64,000 nt of DNA, taken from Hormiphora californensis (lineage: Eukaryota; Animalia; Ctenophora). Shown here one piece after another: positions 59,912 through 64,000 of this stretch. Under the pieces are notes generated by a model. The model had not been told where the DNA came from, ran no database searches, and saw only the letters and a program-made list of their open reading frames with translations. Both the position numbers and the translations under genes were made by a program. The stretch is taken from NCBI GenBank assembly GCA_020137815.1, contig CM035350.1, forward strand, positions 3,472,001 through 3,536,000, written 5' to 3'. Each line of letters opens with the position of its first letter. Position 1 is the stretch's first letter.

Positions 59912-60242
59912 CTCCTCCCCTCTCTCTCTCTCGCTCTCCTTCCTCTCTCAAGCTGGTGAAGCTGCAATGGAAAAGAAAGTATTCTGCCATCTGATGCTCA
60001 TGCAGTGCAGTGTCGTAGATGCCAGCGAGGAATCACTCGTTCTCAGCAGCAGGATCAACTCCACGGAGTTATTCAGAGAGGGTCGAGCAGGTGCAGGGAA
60101 CTCAAATTAGTGGTCAGATTTAGAATCTGGAGGGGTGGGCTGATTGGGACGTTAATTCTGTGACTCATTCCTAACCTCTATAATAAACTACCTTTCTAAC
60201 TATGTAGTATTATAAGTAGTTTTTGGAAAGAAAGAAAGAAAA

Positions 60243-60288
60243 AGAGAGAGAGATAGAGAGAGAGGGGGAGAGAGAGAAAGAGAGGGAG

Positions 60289-60369
<81 letters not shown>

Positions 60370-60380
60370 GAAGAGAGAGA
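60243..60380. repeat. (GA)n microsatellite
   Basis: Direct run; others at 45834-45918, 52575-52644, 56283-56372, 59760-59950, 60983-61090. Confidence 0.9.
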
Positions 60381-60981
60381 ATAGTACTGAGAGGGAGGAA
60401 ACAGAGTAGGGGGAGTTTAAAATAGCAAATTTATGGTGCGTTACTACTCACGCTGCCCGTTGAGCGCAATTTATATTGTCTGATGTCCGAATCAAATATA
60501 TTTATTCAATATGTTTCAATTTTTTTAATTTCATATCTCAGTTTATTCTACCCAGTGTTGTTCGTGTGCAGTGAGAGCATTAGGTATTAATTGTTTGATA
60601 TTTGTCTCATGATGATAATTCAGTAATAATATGAACAATTGAGACTCGTTGAATATCAGGGTCAATAATTTCAGGAATTTTCATCGTTCAACGGCATGGT
60701 CAGCTCAAATTAATTTATTTTAAGTAGTGTTGATGAGTTTGAAAACTACTAATTTATTGACCCTGATATCCAACGAGTATCAATGTCAATTATTTTTTTA
60801 CATTATCTAAAAAGTTTTGATTTAGATATTGTGTTTGTCTATGTCTACTGGAAGATTGCTTACCGACACTGAGCGAGAAACCATGAGAAGACGCACATGA
60901 GTTCATTGATGTAGGAGAGTAAGAAATGCAGTTTGAACGATATAGGACACGTGTTTTCTTCATCACTCAAGGTAGAGGGGA

Positions 60982-61075
<94 letters not shown>

Positions 61076-62000
61076 TATAGAGAGAGAGAGAACACACTAG
61101 ACACTGATAGCAATAGCTCGATTAGTTTATTAGATACATGGCACTCTCAACTATCTTCCCTATTCTCTATCCTTTTCTCTCACTCTTTTCTCTAGCGATT
61201 GATATGCTTTCCTGTAGTATTTTTCTTCCCTTGAACAACTCTACTCACTGCTTCTCTCACTTTTATCTCCCTCTCTTCATCTCCCCCTCTTCAACCGCTC
61301 TCTTCCTCTCTTGGACTCGACGTCACACAAAACAAGATGTTCATCAACTTTTTGAACTTTTTGAATTTGTGTACATTAGAGTGCCTTCTATGGACGTCAT
61401 ATTGGATTTTCTCTATTGGATGTTCTACAATTATCTATGAAGGAGTTGCCACACTTCAAGTTGAAGTGTGGCAACTCCTTCATAGATTGTAGTTCAACTC
61501 CATCATTGAACACGAGACCCACTTTCTTCTGGATTGCCCTATGGAGATCTGAGATCCCGCCTGCTACAAGAATCCTCCCCAAAGTTAGCGATAGTTCGTC
61601 TAAGAGGCCTTTTCAAACTCTCCCAAAGCAACGCCCCCTTAGCTCCCCATTCCTTTCCTCCCCAGTGTGTTTACCCTCACCTGCCTCCATGCTATTTTGA
61701 GTCTCTATTTATTTTTTATTGATCTCCTCCAACCTTTTTATAGTTTTAGAAGTTTTCCATAGTTTCATCTGATGATTCTCGTTTTTAAGAAAGCTTCAGT
61801 AAGAAAACTTTAAAATGTAAATCACACAACTCAGAGAAATCCCATCAAAATAAGAAACCCCTAAGTTTCTTTTTTAGGTTTCTCGTTCTATGTCCTATGC
61901 ATACATTCTTTGCCTAATTGTTCGACCCTATAATAATGAGGGTTAGAATTCCTAACATATTATGTAACAACAAACAAATGTTGTAACTTACAATTAAACT

Positions 62001-63014
62001 ATGTTTGTAGCCATGGACGCCATCGATATTCTTTATGGAACTGTCACTCTCATATCATCCTTGTCGGGGATAATTGGAAATCTCTTCATTCTCCGAACAT
62101 TTTTCCGAGAACGTCACCTTCTTTCCAAGAAGATCTTTATTATCATCGCCCTAACGGACATCGTGACGTCACTAACAAGCGCCATTCCTTTTGGAATCAG
62201 CAGACTAGCCAACCGGAACCCTGTCCTCTACTCCAGTGTCCTCTTTTGTAACTTCTCTGGACTGGTCTTCAACATAACTTCCCGACTTTCAGTGTTCCTC
62301 ATCTCGGTTCTCAGCTGTACCCGGTGTATAGCGATTATCCGGCCTATGCAGCAGTTAAACCATGGAGTTATCCTCGGTGCTATCGCTGTTTACGGGGTGT
62401 TACAACTGGTTATCGCTAGTATACCCTTTATTAACAACCAGATTAGGGACGGCTCAGAGGAGGCCCTACTGTACACTTTCAACAATCACTACACAAACTG
62501 TGTGTGGAACGTGGAGCTCATCATTCACGCCGAAACCATTCTCTTCCAGGTAGCGGAGTACATCCTCCTCTTCCTCCCCTTCTTCTTTCCCTCCATTGTG
62601 GTGCTGACATCCTGTTGTATCTGTGCGGTGTCCCTTGCCAGAGCAGCCGCCCTGAACTGCAGCACAAACAGTTCTCTTATCAAGAGCAAAAACAGGGCCA
62701 CCCGGACCATTCTACTAGTTACTTTGTTGTTTGTGGTCCTGAACTTCCCCTATTGGGTGCTCCTCCTTCTATTTTTCATTGAAAAGAACAGTAGTATGCA
62801 GATTGTGGAGTACACCAATTCCTACATTATTGGCCTCTTCATCTTCTGCACCAATGTTAGCCCCTATTTGAACGCTGGACTCAATCCCATTCTATACCTG
62901 CTGAGGGTTAAAGAGGCGAGGGGTAACTTAGCAACCGGACTCAGAGAACTAAAGGAATTCCCGCGACGGTCCGTTTCTAGAATGCAGGGTGTTCTAACTG
63001 CACAGGAGATATGA
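62001..63014 (+). CDS. Rhodopsin-like (class A) orphan GPCR, intronless; true start may be Met at 62013
   Basis: Seven hydrophobic segments; GN in TM1, IALTD in TM2, Cys at the start of TM3 and in ECL2, SCTRC in place of DRY, NFPY in TM6, NPILY in TM7. Confidence 0.92.
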   Translation: MFVAMDAIDILYGTVTLISSLSGIIGNLFILRTFFRERHLLSKKIFIIIALTDIVTSLTSAIPFGISRLANRNPVLYSSVLFCNFSGLVFNITSRLSVFLISVLSCTRCIAIIRPMQQLNHGVILGAIAVYGVLQLVIASIPFINNQIRDGSEEALLYTFNNHYTNCVWNVELIIHAETILFQVAEYILLFLPFFFPSIVVLTSCCICAVSLARAAALNCSTNSSLIKSKNRATRTILLVTLLFVVLNFPYWVLLLLFFIEKNSSMQIVEYTNSYIIGLFIFCTNVSPYLNAGLNPILYLLRVKEARGNLATGLRELKEFPRRSVSRMQGVLTAQEI

Positions 63015-63864
63015 TCAACAGACACTGGACATCTTGGATGACACGTGTTTTTAAAAGATGTTTGTGGGCAGTGAACATCTGTAGATTTGTGACCCATGTG
63101 TAAAGGTGCACTATAATTTGTATCCGTGTTTTAAACATGTTTTGATCTCATACTAATATGTAAATGCTGTATTAAAATTTTAATGGTCTTTGCAAGTTTA
63201 AAAAGCTGTGTAATTGTTATTTTTCTAGAAAACCAGTGGAAATCAGTTCCTTCGATATAAAGCCCAGAAATGCAAGAAACATAGCACTCCTCAAACCCAC
63301 TATGACTAAAACTCCAATCCGTGCACGTGCTGCATATAAGGGCTTGCTCAGTAACCCCTCAGTTTGTACGTGTGGAATGCGGATATCGCCACTTCATGTA
63401 CAACTAGAATACCAATTACCATTTTCAGTCAGCTCACGCCCCGCTCACGCACATCTTTTGCAATGTCACGTCCCTGACTTTAGATTGGATTATATGTCAA
63501 ACTGCAGGTTCATTTTCCCTGACGCACGTTTGATTGGATACCAGGAATTCATTCTCAAACTAATCAACCAGCTAGCAGCATGTGATGTCTGGTGCCCGTT
63601 CAGTTTGTTGAGTAAGGGGTTCAGTAGTTTTCCAATCAAATATAGTAGGGTTTGTCAAAGATTCTTATGCACCTCGCCTAGGTGGCTAGGTATGATAAAT
63701 ACCTCTGATTCAGAGGGGCTCTGATTGAACATGATCTTCCCTGAATACGGGCCATATAAGGAAAGGATCGTGCAAAAATACAAAATAGATTGAGGGCAGT
63801 ATAATAATCGATATAAAAGAAACCATATGCACCTACCTGAAAACTGTCAGACCGATTATATATA

Positions 63865-64000
63865 CAGGGTGGCCCAAAAATTATGAGCGCGGGAGACAAG
63901 CCGTACCTCCGAAACGGTGATAGTTGTGCAAAAACAAACTACGGGAACATGCTGGAACAATTCCGTGGTAACTTTTTCCAGGTTATGAGTTTCTTATTCA
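63865..64000. mobile_element. Probable left end of a Tc1/mariner-type MITE (truncated by window)
   Basis: TA-CAGGGTGGCCCAAAA start resembling the other CAGGGTG elements in the window. Confidence 0.4.

Overview
Eukaryotic (animal) genomic DNA with spliceosomal introns, abundant (GA)n microsatellites and many MITEs. Several features suggest a ctenophore, which is an inference: a nested intronic gene, splice acceptors directly in front of start codons, and a GPCR with S-x-T-R in place of DRY. Genes reconstructed by hand from splice sites: the 3' part of an EGF-Ca/CUB protein; ARFGAP1, DHRS12 and a dienelactone hydrolase (CMBL-like) in tandem on the minus strand; an ORF1-only retroelement; a partial penta-EF-hand gene; YEATS4, a UGT and SHMT, with an apparently exact 4,253-bp tandem duplication; two tandem serine-hydrolase (SERHL-like) paralogues; DNA polymerase beta; a 4-EF-hand calmodulin-like gene; and an intronless class A GPCR. 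The top finding is a single-pass membrane protein with a signal peptide, a Cys-rich ectodomain, a long SAH/helical-repeat rod and a C-terminal dynein-stalk-type microtubule-binding domain without a motor. It sits antisense inside the last intron of the CMBL-like gene. Other highlights are operon-like clusters with candidate trans-splice acceptors, a Pol beta with the Pol mu/TdT-type His before the catalytic Asp, an in-frame array of duplicated splice acceptors within an EF-hand loop, and exon-limited gene conversion between SERHL paralogues. Several 1-bp frameshifts suggest consensus errors in the assembly.
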